NCBI GenBank assembly: GCA_035437825.1
Contig: DAOMYX010000001.1
Location: forward strand, 113,220-177,219
Direction: 5' to 3'
DNA from: Alphaproteobacteria bacterium
GTDB lineage: Bacteria > Pseudomonadota > Alphaproteobacteria > Micavibrionales > UBA2020
Length of the DNA stretch: 64,000 bases
Below, in pieces: positions 37,794 to 46,452 of this stretch. A model generated the notes under the pieces. It had not been told where the DNA came from, ran no database searches, and worked only from the letters and a program-made list of their open reading frames with translations. Every line of letters begins with the position of its first letter. The stretch's first letter is position 1. A program made the translations under genes and the position numbers.

Positions 37794-40700
37794 TTATTCC
37801 TCGCTCAGCGATACCAGTGTGGTATTGCCGCCGGATGCAGTGGTGTTGATGGTGATGGTGCGCTCGGTCGCGAAGCGGGGCAGGTAATGCGGCCCGCCCG
37901 CCTTGGGGCCGGTGCCGGAGACGCCTTGTCCGCCAAACGGCTGCACGCCGACCACCGCGCCAATCATGGAGCGGTTGACATAGCAATTCCCCGCGCGCAC
38001 GCGGCGGCACAGCACCTCCATCGTGTAGTCGATGCGCGTATGCACGCCGAACGTCAGGCCATAGCCGCTGGCGTTGATTTGCTGGATAACGCTTTCGATG
38101 TCTTCGCCCTTGAAGCGGATGATATGAAGGACAGGGCCGAAAACCTCGCGTTTCAGCGATGACATATCGGGGATTTCAAAGGCGCAGGGGGCGAAGAAAT
38201 ACCCCTTGGGCGCATGGGCGGGCAGGGTGACCTCGGCCACTTTTTTGCCGACGCCTGCCATGCGTGTTGCATGCACGTCGAGCATTTCAAGTGCAGCCTT
38301 GTCGATAACGGGGCCGATGTCGGTTGCAAGGTCAAGCGGGTCGCCAAGGCTCAACTCCTTGCACGCGCCCGCCAGCATTTCGATGACTTTATCCGCGATG
38401 CCGTCCTGTACGAACAGAACGCGCAGGGCAGAACAGCGCTGCCCTGCGGAGCGGAAGGCGCTGGTAATCACGTCATCAACGATTTGTTCGGGCAGGGCGG
38501 TTGAATCGGCAATCATCGCGTTCTGGCCGCCGGTTTCGGCAATCAGGGGCACGATGGCGCCTTCGCGCGCGGCAAGGCTGCGGTTGATGATTTGCGCAAC
38601 CTCGGTCGAGCCTGTAAAGGCGACACCCGCAATGCGCGGGTCGGCGACCAGATATTGCCCCGTAACCTCGCCGGTTGCGGGCAGAAAGCAAAGCGCGCCC
38701 TTGGGCACGCCTGCCTTGTGCAAAAGCGCGGCGGCGTAATGCGCGATGAGCGATGTTTGCTCCGCCGGTTTGGCGATGACGGTATTGCCGGCCATCAGTG
38801 CGGCGGCAACTTGGCCGATGAAAATCGCCAGCGGGAAATTCCACGGGCTGATGCACAGGAATACGCCGCGGCCTTCCATTTGCAGCGTATTGCTCTCGCC
38901 CGTCGGGCCGGGCAGGATTTGCGGCGCGCCGAAATGGGTGCGGCCTTCGGCGGCGTAGTAGCGGCAGAAATCAACCGCCTCGCGCACTTCTGCAAGGGCA
39001 TCGGGCAGGGTTTTGCCGGCTTCGCGCACGCAAAGCGCCATCAGCTCGGCCATGTTTTCTTCCATCAAATCCGCCATGCGTGCAAGCGCGCCCGCGCGCT
39101 CGGCCGCGGGGGTGGCGTTCCATGTGCCGAAGGCTTCATGTGCTGTGTGCAGGGCAAGGCCGCAATCTTCCTTGCTGGCGAATACGACGCTGCCGATGCG
39201 GCGTGCTATGTTGGTCGGGTCGAAAACGTCTTGCGCACTGCCTTTGCGCATATCGCCGCCAATAACGGGCGCGGCTGTCCATGTTTTTTCGGCGTGGGTT
39301 GCGATGTCTGCAAGCAGTTTATCGCTGAGCGCGCCATTGGCGAATTCGATGCCGCGTGAATTTTTGCGGCTGTCGCCGAAAATATCGGCTGGCAGCGGAA
39401 TCTTCGGATGCGGTTTGCTTTGCAGCGCTTTCATATAGCCCACGGGGTCTTGCAGCATTTCATCAATCGGCACGGCGTCATTTTGCAGGCGGTTGACGAA
39501 GTTTGTATTCGCGCCGTTTTCCAACAGGCGCCGCACCAGATAGGGCAGCAAATCCTGATGGCTGCCGACGGGGGCATAGATGCGGCAGGGGTATTTGCCT
39601 TCGCCGCGCCCGACGATTTGGTGATAAAGCGGCTCTCCCATGCCGTGCAGACGCTGGAATTCAAAACCGGTCTGGTCGGCGCCCGCCATTTCCATGATGG
39701 CGGCGACAGTATAGGCGTTATGCGTGGCGAACATCGGATAAAACACATCGCGCCGCGCCAGCATCTTGGCCGCATTGGCAAGATAGGATACATCCGTCGC
39801 GTTTTTGCGCGTGAAAACCGGATAGCCCGGCAGGCCGTTCACTTGCGCGTATTTCACTTCGCTGTCCCAATAGGCGCCTTTGACAAGGCGCACCATCATG
39901 CGCTGGCCTGTTTCTTCGCACATATTGGCAAGGATATCGATAACGCGCGTACAGCGTTTTTGATAGGACTGTATGGCAAGGCCGAAACCGTCCCAGCCTT
40001 TCAGCGACGGGTCGCGAAAAACATTACCGATAATTTCGAGGGACATTTCAAGCCGGTGCGCTTCTTCGGCGTCCACCGTCATGCCAATATTATATTGGGC
40101 GCATTTTTGCGCAAGCTTCAGGAGTTTTTCGCTTAAATCAGGTACGCATGTTGCGCGTTTGGCGTATTCATAGCGCGGGTGAAGGGCGGAAAGCTTGACG
40201 GAAATGCCCGGCGCCTCGATGCAGCCGCGGCCCATGGCCGCTTTGCCGATGGCGTGGATGGCGCTGTCATAGGCGTCGAAATAACGCTGCGCATCGGCCG
40301 TCGTGCGCGCACCTTCGCCCAGCATGTCGTACGAATGGCGGGAGCCGTTTTTTTCGGCGTCTTCAGCGCGCAAAAGCGCTTCGCCGATGCTGCGCCCCAT
40401 CACGAATTGCTGTCCCATGATTTTCATGGCATGCAGCATAGCCTGACGCACCACGGGTTCGCCCACGCGCGATACGATTTTTCCTGCGATGGCGGAAACG
40501 GAGAGGGCTTTTTCCTCCTCCACATCCGCAATCACCTTGCCCGTCAGCATCAGCGCCCAGGTGGAGGCATTGACGAAAAGGCTGTCGGCCTTGCCGATAT
40601 GCTTGTCCCACTCCGCGCCGCCGATTTTGTCGCGTATCATTTTATCGGCTGTGTCGCTGTCGGGGATGCGCAAAAGCGCCTCCGCAAGGCACATCAGGGC

Positions 40701-40961
40701 GATGCCTTCGCGCGTGGTCAGGCCAAACTCGTTCAGGAAACGGTCAATCCCGCCGAAGCGGCGGCGGTTGTCGCGCACGGTTTGTATCAGTTGACGCGCG
40801 CGGGCTTTGACGCGCAGGGTGCCCGCATCGTCAAGTGGGATAAGCGCGAGATGTTCCGCCACAGATTTGTTTTCATCCAGATGATAGGCGTCATTGAGCG
40901 GCAGGTCAGACGTGCCAGCGCGGCGGCTTGACGGCGGCAGGGATGTGGCGGCTTGGGGCAT
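37794..40961 (-). CDS. putA: Bifunctional proline dehydrogenase / L-glutamate-gamma-semialdehyde dehydrogenase PutA (no obvious N-terminal RHH domain)
   Basis: 1055 aa. PRODH barrel (HSYDMLGEGARTTADAQRY, VRLVKGAYWDSE) and ALDH domain (FTGSTEVAQ, ETGGQNAMI, GQRCSALR). Confidence 0.95.
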   Translation of the reverse strand: MPQAATSLPPSSRRAGTSDLPLNDAYHLDENKSVAEHLALIPLDDAGTLRVKARARQLIQTVRDNRRRFGGIDRFLNEFGLTTREGIALMCLAEALLRIPDSDTADKMIRDKIGGAEWDKHIGKADSLFVNASTWALMLTGKVIADVEEEKALSVSAIAGKIVSRVGEPVVRQAMLHAMKIMGQQFVMGRSIGEALLRAEDAEKNGSRHSYDMLGEGARTTADAQRYFDAYDSAIHAIGKAAMGRGCIEAPGISVKLSALHPRYEYAKRATCVPDLSEKLLKLAQKCAQYNIGMTVDAEEAHRLEMSLEIIGNVFRDPSLKGWDGFGLAIQSYQKRCTRVIDILANMCEETGQRMMVRLVKGAYWDSEVKYAQVNGLPGYPVFTRKNATDVSYLANAAKMLARRDVFYPMFATHNAYTVAAIMEMAGADQTGFEFQRLHGMGEPLYHQIVGRGEGKYPCRIYAPVGSHQDLLPYLVRRLLENGANTNFVNRLQNDAVPIDEMLQDPVGYMKALQSKPHPKIPLPADIFGDSRKNSRGIEFANGALSDKLLADIATHAEKTWTAAPVIGGDMRKGSAQDVFDPTNIARRIGSVVFASKEDCGLALHTAHEAFGTWNATPAAERAGALARMADLMEENMAELMALCVREAGKTLPDALAEVREAVDFCRYYAAEGRTHFGAPQILPGPTGESNTLQMEGRGVFLCISPWNFPLAIFIGQVAAALMAGNTVIAKPAEQTSLIAHYAAALLHKAGVPKGALCFLPATGEVTGQYLVADPRIAGVAFTGSTEVAQIINRSLAAREGAIVPLIAETGGQNAMIADSTALPEQIVDDVITSAFRSAGQRCSALRVLFVQDGIADKVIEMLAGACKELSLGDPLDLATDIGPVIDKAALEMLDVHATRMAGVGKKVAEVTLPAHAPKGYFFAPCAFEIPDMSSLKREVFGPVLHIIRFKGEDIESVIQQINASGYGLTFGVHTRIDYTMEVLCRRVRAGNCYVNRSMIGAVVGVQPFGGQGVSGTGPKAGGPHYLPRFATERTITINTTASGGNTTLVSLSEE

Positions 40962-41019
40962 CGCACGGGTCTCCGGTTTTTGATTTTTTGTGCGTTCAAT
41001 TTACCCGTTTCAGGGGTTG

Positions 41020-41041
41020 TTTGCATGGGGCAAAATGCAAA
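41020..41041. promoter_or_regulatory. Perfect 7-bp inverted repeat upstream of putA (candidate operator)
   Basis: TTTGCATggggcaaaATGCAAA, about 60 nt upstream of the putA start codon. Confidence 0.3.
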
Positions 41042-41110
41042 TTCCGGATTGCGGTGTTTATGTACCGTTTTCTTTAATTATTTGATATAAAAAGAAAAAT
41101 TGACATAAAA

Positions 41111-41139
41111 TTGACGCAGGTGCAGCAAAAAGCTAGGAT
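41111..41139 (+). promoter_or_regulatory. Predicted sigma-70-type promoter of 41189 gene
   Basis: TTGACG - 17 nt - TAGGAT, about 50 nt upstream of the ATG. A second aaaaTTGACA copy lies 11 nt upstream. Confidence 0.35.
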
Positions 41140-41188
41140 ATGCTTGTATCAAAAACAGTAGAGAAAAAACGAAAGGGAAGGTCCCTGA

Positions 41189-42661
41189 ATGACCGAAAGA
41201 CATAGCATCCGCGATGTTAAGAATACGTTCGAAAGCATCCTTGGCGAAAACGCCAAAGTCATCCGCGATATTGACGATACTATCAGCAAAACAAAATCGG
41301 ATATGGAGACGGTGGGCGAGCTTTACACCCGTGCGCTCGACAAATTTGTAACCGCGCAGCTGCGCCCCATAAACAGCGAAATGCTGAAATCGCTGTCCGG
41401 CCTGACTAACCATAAGCATGATTTCGAAGAAAAATATCACGACGATATAGCGGCCGCGCGCGCAGCCGAAATCCGCCTGAGCGGCCTTGTCGCCACGCAT
41501 GGCGAAGAAAAGACGCTCAAGCAGAAGCTGGAAACGCTGGGTAGCGAGAGCGCGACGCTGGGCAATCAGATTTTGAAATTGTCCGAAAGTATAGACAGGC
41601 GTGAAAAGGCCTTGAAGCCTGTCAATTATTTCAATGCTGCGGTTGAATACAAAAACAAGCCGAAGTTGAACGAAGAGGACATTGGTTATTTTTCTTCCAA
41701 AAAAGGTTTCGCGCATGCTTGGGCATGGCTGACGGACAGTCATTACCGCGGTGGCCGCGCGTTGATACGCAGTTTTGCCGAAAAAGGTGAAACCATCCCC
41801 TCCGTGCAGCTGGCGCAGCGTCAAGACCGCGATGCGCGCGGGGAAAAGTCAACGCGCGTTGCCGAAATTGCAGCTGAATCGAACCGCATCCAGCCCGTCT
41901 TGAAAGACATGCGCGCGGCAGCGGATGCCGCCGTCAGCGAGATGACGGTGCGCGAAAATCTGAAAAAACAAATCGTGGCAAGTTTTGAAGACATGTCGTT
42001 CTTTAACCGTGCAGCGAAAAAACTGGGCGGCAAATTCCCCGTATTTGTGACAGAGCAGCGCGCCAAGCTGGAAAACCTGCGTAAAATCCACGACGGCGCG
42101 GTTAAAACCCGCCAGACGGTGCAGCAGGCGGGCGGCAAGCTGGACAAGCACATGTCCAAACTGCGCCGCGGTGCAAGCCAATCTGGCAGCACGCGCATCA
42201 CCATCGACCTCAAGGGCATCCAGACCAGCTTTGCGGGTATGCAAACGGGTGTGCGGACGGCTACGGCGCAAATGCGCCAGACCAGCACGGCGGTGCGGGA
42301 TTATAAATTCAGCCCTGCGTCGTCGGCCTCGTCTGCGACATCCACCGCACCGGGCGGCATGGACCCTGTGTTTTTCATGGCGGTCATTATGATGAGCGAT
42401 ATTACGCATGTGCCGAGCGTGCCCGATGTATCCGTGCCGGATGCGGGGGCTGCGATTGGTGACAGCTTCAACAGCGCCGCGCTTGACGGTGCTGTGGGCG
42501 CAATTGACGTTAATGTGCCTGATGTGAACGTCAGTGTGCCGGATATCTCGGTGCCTGACATTTCTGTGCCCGATATTTCGGTGCCGGATATTTCCATCTC
42601 CGTATCCGATTTCGGTGGCGGCTTTAGCGGCGGCGGCGGATTTGACGGTGGTGGGTTCTAA
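41189..42661 (+). CDS. Hypothetical helical protein ending in (VPDIS)n pentapeptide repeats and a Gly/Phe-rich tail
   Basis: 490 aa, SD GGGAAGG, no signal peptide. It has long charged helical regions, a short hydrophobic patch (MDPVFFMAVIMM), and a C-terminus VNVPDVNVSVPDISVPDISVPDISVPDISISVSDFGGGFSGGGGFDGGGF. Confidence 0.7.
   Translation: MTERHSIRDVKNTFESILGENAKVIRDIDDTISKTKSDMETVGELYTRALDKFVTAQLRPINSEMLKSLSGLTNHKHDFEEKYHDDIAAARAAEIRLSGLVATHGEEKTLKQKLETLGSESATLGNQILKLSESIDRREKALKPVNYFNAAVEYKNKPKLNEEDIGYFSSKKGFAHAWAWLTDSHYRGGRALIRSFAEKGETIPSVQLAQRQDRDARGEKSTRVAEIAAESNRIQPVLKDMRAAADAAVSEMTVRENLKKQIVASFEDMSFFNRAAKKLGGKFPVFVTEQRAKLENLRKIHDGAVKTRQTVQQAGGKLDKHMSKLRRGASQSGSTRITIDLKGIQTSFAGMQTGVRTATAQMRQTSTAVRDYKFSPASSASSATSTAPGGMDPVFFMAVIMMSDITHVPSVPDVSVPDAGAAIGDSFNSAALDGAVGAIDVNVPDVNVSVPDISVPDISVPDISVPDISISVSDFGGGFSGGGGFDGGGF
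42515..42610 (+). repeat. 15-nt in-frame tandem repeat (VPD[IV][SN]) with synonymous variation
   Basis: gtgccggatatctcg / gtgcctgacatttct / gtgcccgatatttcg / gtgccggatatttcc: the units differ almost only at wobble positions. Confidence 0.85.
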
Positions 42662-42683
42662 GCGCCCGCAGCTTTGCCTCAAT

Positions 42684-42718
42684 AAAAAAGGCCGGTGTTC
42701 ATGCACCGGCCTTTTTTA
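42684..42718. terminator. Bidirectional rho-independent terminator
   Basis: aaaaaaGGCCGGTGttcatgCACCGGCCtttttta between convergent 41189 gene and atpF. Confidence 0.7.
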
Positions 42719-42733
42719 TTGGGCAAATCTAAA

Positions 42734-43234
42734 TCAGTTCAGACGTGCGGGGATTTCGTCAATCGCTTCGTCAACCAGCTTGGCGCCGCGCTTGGCAAGC
42801 GCGTCTTCCAGCATGATTTCAGCGGCGCGGGTGGCGATGTCGGCCGCCTGGTTGCGCAGTTCCTGTACGGCGGCGGCTTCGGCGCGCTGAATGCGCTCAA
42901 TCAGCTGCGCTTCGCGGCGCTTCAGGCTGTCTTCAAGACGCTGCTGCGCTTCCTGTTCCAGCGACTGCGCGTTTTTCTTCGCGTTATCGATGATTTTTTG
43001 CGCGGTTTGCAGGGCGTCACGGTGTTTCTTTTGCGTTTCAGACAGAAGGTCCTGCGCCTCTACGCGCAGACGTTCTGCTTCTTCCAGCTCCGCGCGGATG
43101 CGGTCGGTGCGGGCGTCCAGCATGTCGGTAATCGGCTTGCGGCCTTTTTTCCAGACAATCGCAGCGAAGGCGATGGTGGAGAGCAGAACCCAGAAATTGC
43201 TGTCGGCCAGAAGACCGGTATGTTCGGCAGCCAT
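42734..43234 (-). CDS. atpF: F0F1 ATP synthase subunit b
   Basis: 166 aa. N-terminal TM (FWVLLSTIAFAAIVW) followed by a long charged helix. Last gene of the atpI-B-E-b'-b operon. Confidence 0.85.
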   Translation of the reverse strand: MAAEHTGLLADSNFWVLLSTIAFAAIVWKKGRKPITDMLDARTDRIRAELEEAERLRVEAQDLLSETQKKHRDALQTAQKIIDNAKKNAQSLEQEAQQRLEDSLKRREAQLIERIQRAEAAAVQELRNQAADIATRAAEIMLEDALAKRGAKLVDEAIDEIPARLN

Positions 43235-43238
43235 GTTC

Positions 43239-44039
43239 TTACCCTTCCTGCATCAGTTTCATGACGACTTTTTTGGCGTCGTTTTTATTGGCAGCCGAAC
43301 CGGAGACTTTCTGCACGATGTCGGCGGCAACTTCGGCGGAAATATCGGCCAGCGACAGAAGGGCTTCTTCTTTCGCTTTGCTGATGTTTTGCTCCGCGCT
43401 GGTAATGCGGTTGCGCGCATGTTCCATGAAGCGGGCGTTTTCCGCGTTCATCTTTTTGGCATTTTCCTGTTCGCGCGCGCTCAGGGTCGCTTGCGCTTCT
43501 GCCTGTGCTGCCGCCATGGAGGCGTCAAGCGTCTGGCGGATTTTCGCGGCGTCTTCCTGCAGGTGTTCTGCACGGTTCAGGTTGTTGTCACGCTGGGTCT
43601 GGCGCATGTCCAGAACTTCGGTCACACGCGGCAGCGCCACGCGGGACATCAGGGTATAAAGCAGGACGAAAGACACCAGCAGCCAGAAAATCTGGCTGGG
43701 GTAGGTCGAGGGGTCGAGCTGCGGCAGGCCGGATTTTTTGTGTTCGCCGTCGTGTGCCGCTTCAGCTGCGGCGGCGTCCACATCGAAAGCCTCTTCGGTT
43801 GCAGCTTGCAGCGGCAAATCCGTTTTGGCTTCGTTTGAGGAAGGGGCAGTTGCTGCGGGGGCTGCGCGTTCGGCCGTTTTCTCGGCGTCTTGCGCAGCTT
43901 CCGTGACAGCGTTGTCAACGGACACGCCGACCGTGCGTTCTTCGGCCCATGAAGATGCCACAGGCGCACTTGCCATCAACAAGACGGTCAGCGCCAGCGC
44001 GGCAAAGGGCAGGGATACGAACGGTCGGCGTGTTGCCAT
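43239..44039 (-). CDS. atpF2: F0F1 ATP synthase subunit b' with ~100-aa N-terminal extension
   Basis: Core LPQLDPSTYPSQIFWLLVSFVLLYTLMSRVALPRVTEVLDMRQ... is typical b'. The extension begins with a signal-peptide-like MATRRPFVSLPFAALALTVLLMASAPVASSWA. An alternative GTG start at 43781 would remove it. Confidence 0.8.
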   Translation of the reverse strand: MATRRPFVSLPFAALALTVLLMASAPVASSWAEERTVGVSVDNAVTEAAQDAEKTAERAAPAATAPSSNEAKTDLPLQAATEEAFDVDAAAAEAAHDGEHKKSGLPQLDPSTYPSQIFWLLVSFVLLYTLMSRVALPRVTEVLDMRQTQRDNNLNRAEHLQEDAAKIRQTLDASMAAAQAEAQATLSAREQENAKKMNAENARFMEHARNRITSAEQNISKAKEEALLSLADISAEVAADIVQKVSGSAANKNDAKKVVMKLMQEG

Positions 44040-44064
44040 GACTTTATTTCCTCTTGGTATGCGA

Positions 44065-44289
44065 TTAGCCCAGCAGAACGATGAGGGCGATCAGCAGTGC
44101 GAACAGGCCGGTTGCTTCGATAAGCGCGAAGTACAGCAGGCCAGCGCCTTTAACGGTCGGAGCAACGGAGGGGTTGCGGCCGATAGCGTTGATGATGCTG
44201 GAGAACAGCATGCCGAGGCCGAGGCCGACGCCGAAAAGCGGCAGAACAGCGAGAGCAGCGCCGATCATTTTTGCAGATTCGAGTTCCAT
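44065..44289 (-). CDS. atpE: F0F1 ATP synthase subunit c
   Basis: 74-aa hairpin protein. Loop IGRNP; proton-binding Glu in FALIEATGLFALLIAL. Confidence 0.95.
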   Translation of the reverse strand: MELESAKMIGAALAVLPLFGVGLGLGMLFSSIINAIGRNPSVAPTVKGAGLLYFALIEATGLFALLIALIVLLG

Positions 44290-44349
44290 AGTGATTTTCC
44301 TTCTTTTTTCTGTGCGTTGGTTAGTTTTGGTTTGAAACGAGTTCCTGGG

Positions 44350-45093
44350 TTAGTGCAGTTCAATCGCGTCTTTGAGGTACATGCAGGTCAGTACCGCGAA
44401 AACATACGCCTGAATGAAGGCGATAAGGATTTCGAGGCCGACCAGCGCCGTGTTGATGAGCAGCGGCAGAACCGCGCCCGCCATGCCAAGGCCGGAGCTT
44501 GCCGCCATCATGACCGAAAAACCCGCGAAGACTTTCATCATCGTGTGGCCGGCAACCATGTTGGCGAAAAGACGGACAGAAAGGCTGATCGGGCGTGACA
44601 GGTAGGACACGATTTCGATCAGGATAATCAGCGGTGCCAGAAAGATAGGCAGACCCGCCGGCAGGAACAGCGTGAAGAAGTGCAAACCATGGCGGAAAAT
44701 GCCAACCAGCGTGGCGGTCAGAAAGACCATAAGTGCCAGCGTACCGGTTACGACGATATGGCTCGTGAAGGTGAAGGAGTAGGGTATCATGCCGAGCATG
44801 TTGCCCATCAGGACAATCATGAACACGGAAAAGACGAAGGCGAAGTACTTGCGTCCTTCGTGGCCGAGGGCTTCATGCACCATACCAGCGACGAATTCGT
44901 AAATCATTTCGGTGACGTTCTGCCAGCGGTTCGGCACAACCGATTTGCTGCGCATGCTGAGCGTCATAAGGAGCGTGGCAGAGATAACAGCCAAACCCAT
45001 CCACAGCGAAGACTGCGTGAAGGACACATCGTAACCGCCGATATTGAGCGGGATGAGGGGCTTGATGACAAACTGCTGAAGCGGATTGGCCAC
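44350..45093 (-). CDS. atpB: F0F1 ATP synthase subunit a
   Basis: 247 aa. Essential-Arg helix SLSVRLFANMVAGH, C-terminal LIAFIQAYVFAVLTCMYL. Confidence 0.95.
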   Translation of the reverse strand: MANPLQQFVIKPLIPLNIGGYDVSFTQSSLWMGLAVISATLLMTLSMRSKSVVPNRWQNVTEMIYEFVAGMVHEALGHEGRKYFAFVFSVFMIVLMGNMLGMIPYSFTFTSHIVVTGTLALMVFLTATLVGIFRHGLHFFTLFLPAGLPIFLAPLIILIEIVSYLSRPISLSVRLFANMVAGHTMMKVFAGFSVMMAASSGLGMAGAVLPLLINTALVGLEILIAFIQAYVFAVLTCMYLKDAIELH

Positions 45094-45111
45094 GCGCGTG
45101 TTTTCCTCTTT

Positions 45112-45477
45112 TTAATCCGTTTTGCCGTCTTCGCCGCTGGCGCCGTCTTTGGGGGCGTCCGGTGCGGTGGGTTTGAAGCCGACCTTGTAGTCCTGTCCGG
45201 TTTGCGACCGGTAGATATTCAAAAATCCCGCAGCAAAACCGACGAAGACGAAGAAAATTACGCCCCACGGTTTGGTGTCCAGCCAGCGGTCAACCCAGTA
45301 TCCCAGGAAGATGCCGACGGCCAGCGCCGCGACCAGATCCGTTCCCGCGCGAAGGGCTTTGCCTTTTTCGTCCTTGCCGGGCTCGCCGCTGCCGTCGTTG
45401 CCGCCGGTCACTATCTGGCGTTGCCTTTCCTGCGCTTCGCGGATTTTTCGGGCCAGTTCACCGGACTTGTCGTTCAT
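45112..45477 (-). CDS. atpI: ATP synthase protein I (AtpI-like small membrane protein)
   Basis: 121 aa with two TM segments (LVAALAVGIFLGYWVD, WGVIFFVFVGFAAGFLNIY), immediately upstream of atpB. Confidence 0.7.
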   Translation of the reverse strand: MNDKSGELARKIREAQERQRQIVTGGNDGSGEPGKDEKGKALRAGTDLVAALAVGIFLGYWVDRWLDTKPWGVIFFVFVGFAAGFLNIYRSQTGQDYKVGFKPTAPDAPKDGASGEDGKTD

Positions 45478-45638
45478 CGGAAAAACACCCGTTAAATCGT
45501 GATACGTCGCGCATTTAAGGCAACGGGAAATTACGCATAGCGCCCTGAAATGTCAACAAATACCGCAAATAATACCCCATGCCGTCTTATGGGAAAATTA
45601 TAAGAGGGCAGGTACTATAAAACAGGCTGATTTTATTG

Positions 45639-45971
45639 CTATTTTCGAGCCTTGACCGGGGCGCAATAGATATCGTGCAGGGCGCTGATAATCGCAGCCA
45701 CGTTCTCGTTTTTGATAAAATAGTAAAGTGTGCGGTGTTCGCGGCGGAAATCGACGATTCCCTCGGCGCGCAGGCGAGCCAAATGCTGCGAAAGGGCGGT
45801 CTGGCTGATTTCCAGATGTCCCAGAATATCCGTGACACACATTTCACCCTGCGTCAGCAGGCACAGTATCATCAGACGGCTTGGGTTCGCCAAATTCTTC
45901 AGAAAAGCCGAGGCTTCGTCGGCGTTCCGCTTCATGTCCTGTACGGCTTTTATTTTGTTGTTAACGGCCAT
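45639..45971 (-). CDS. ygaV: ArsR/SmtB-family regulator, YgaV/BigR-like
   Basis: LANPSRLMILCLLTQGEMCVTDILGHLEISQTALSQHLARLRAEGIVDFRREHRTLYYFIKNENVAAIISALHDIYC resembles E. coli YgaV, including the conserved Cys positions. It is divergent from a rhodanese (ygaP-like) operon. Confidence 0.8.
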   Translation of the reverse strand: MAVNNKIKAVQDMKRNADEASAFLKNLANPSRLMILCLLTQGEMCVTDILGHLEISQTALSQHLARLRAEGIVDFRREHRTLYYFIKNENVAAIISALHDIYCAPVKARK

Positions 45972-45998
45972 AGCTATTCCTGTTGACTTTAACTTTAG

Positions 45999-46020
45999 TA
46001 TATCCTAATATTAGAATATA
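45999..46020. promoter_or_regulatory. 22-bp near-perfect palindrome overlapping the -10 of the divergent promoter (candidate YgaV operator)
   Basis: TATATCCTAAT|ATTAGAATATA (1 mismatch between half-sites). TTGACT (45983..45988) - 17 nt - TAATAT (46006..46011) lies upstream of the CMD gene. Confidence 0.45.
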
Positions 46021-46068
46021 CGCAATTTAAAATACCCGCAGGACTATTCAACCACAAAGGAGCCAGTC

Positions 46069-46428
46069 ATGTCCAAGAACTATCACAATGTTACGGGAGA
46101 TATTGTCGAATACATCCGCCAGCTGAAGCCGGCCATCCCCGATACGCTCAAGGGGTTTTACGATATGGCGGGGGCGGCGACCAAGGACGGTGCGCTTGAT
46201 AAAAAGACGAAAGAGTATATCGCGCTGGCCATTGGCGTTTCCACGCGCTGCGACGGCTGCATCGGCTTTCATGCCAAGGCGCTGCATGAGCTGGGCGCAA
46301 CACGGCAGGAAGTGGCCGAGGTGCTGGGCATGGCGGTCTATATGGGCGGCGGCCCGTCGCTGATGTATGCGGCAGATGCGCTGCGCGCCTATGACCAGTT
46401 TGCCGCAGGTAAGGAACAAGTCGCTTAA
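46069..46428 (+). CDS. Carboxymuconolactone decarboxylase (AhpD-like) family protein
   Basis: DKKTKEYIALAIGVSTRCDGCIGFHAKALHELGATRQEVAEVLGMAVYMGGGPS, an AhpD-like CxxC motif. Confidence 0.85.
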   Translation: MSKNYHNVTGDIVEYIRQLKPAIPDTLKGFYDMAGAATKDGALDKKTKEYIALAIGVSTRCDGCIGFHAKALHELGATRQEVAEVLGMAVYMGGGPSLMYAADALRAYDQFAAGKEQVA

Positions 46429-46452
46429 ACCACATGCAAAAGGAGAAATATC

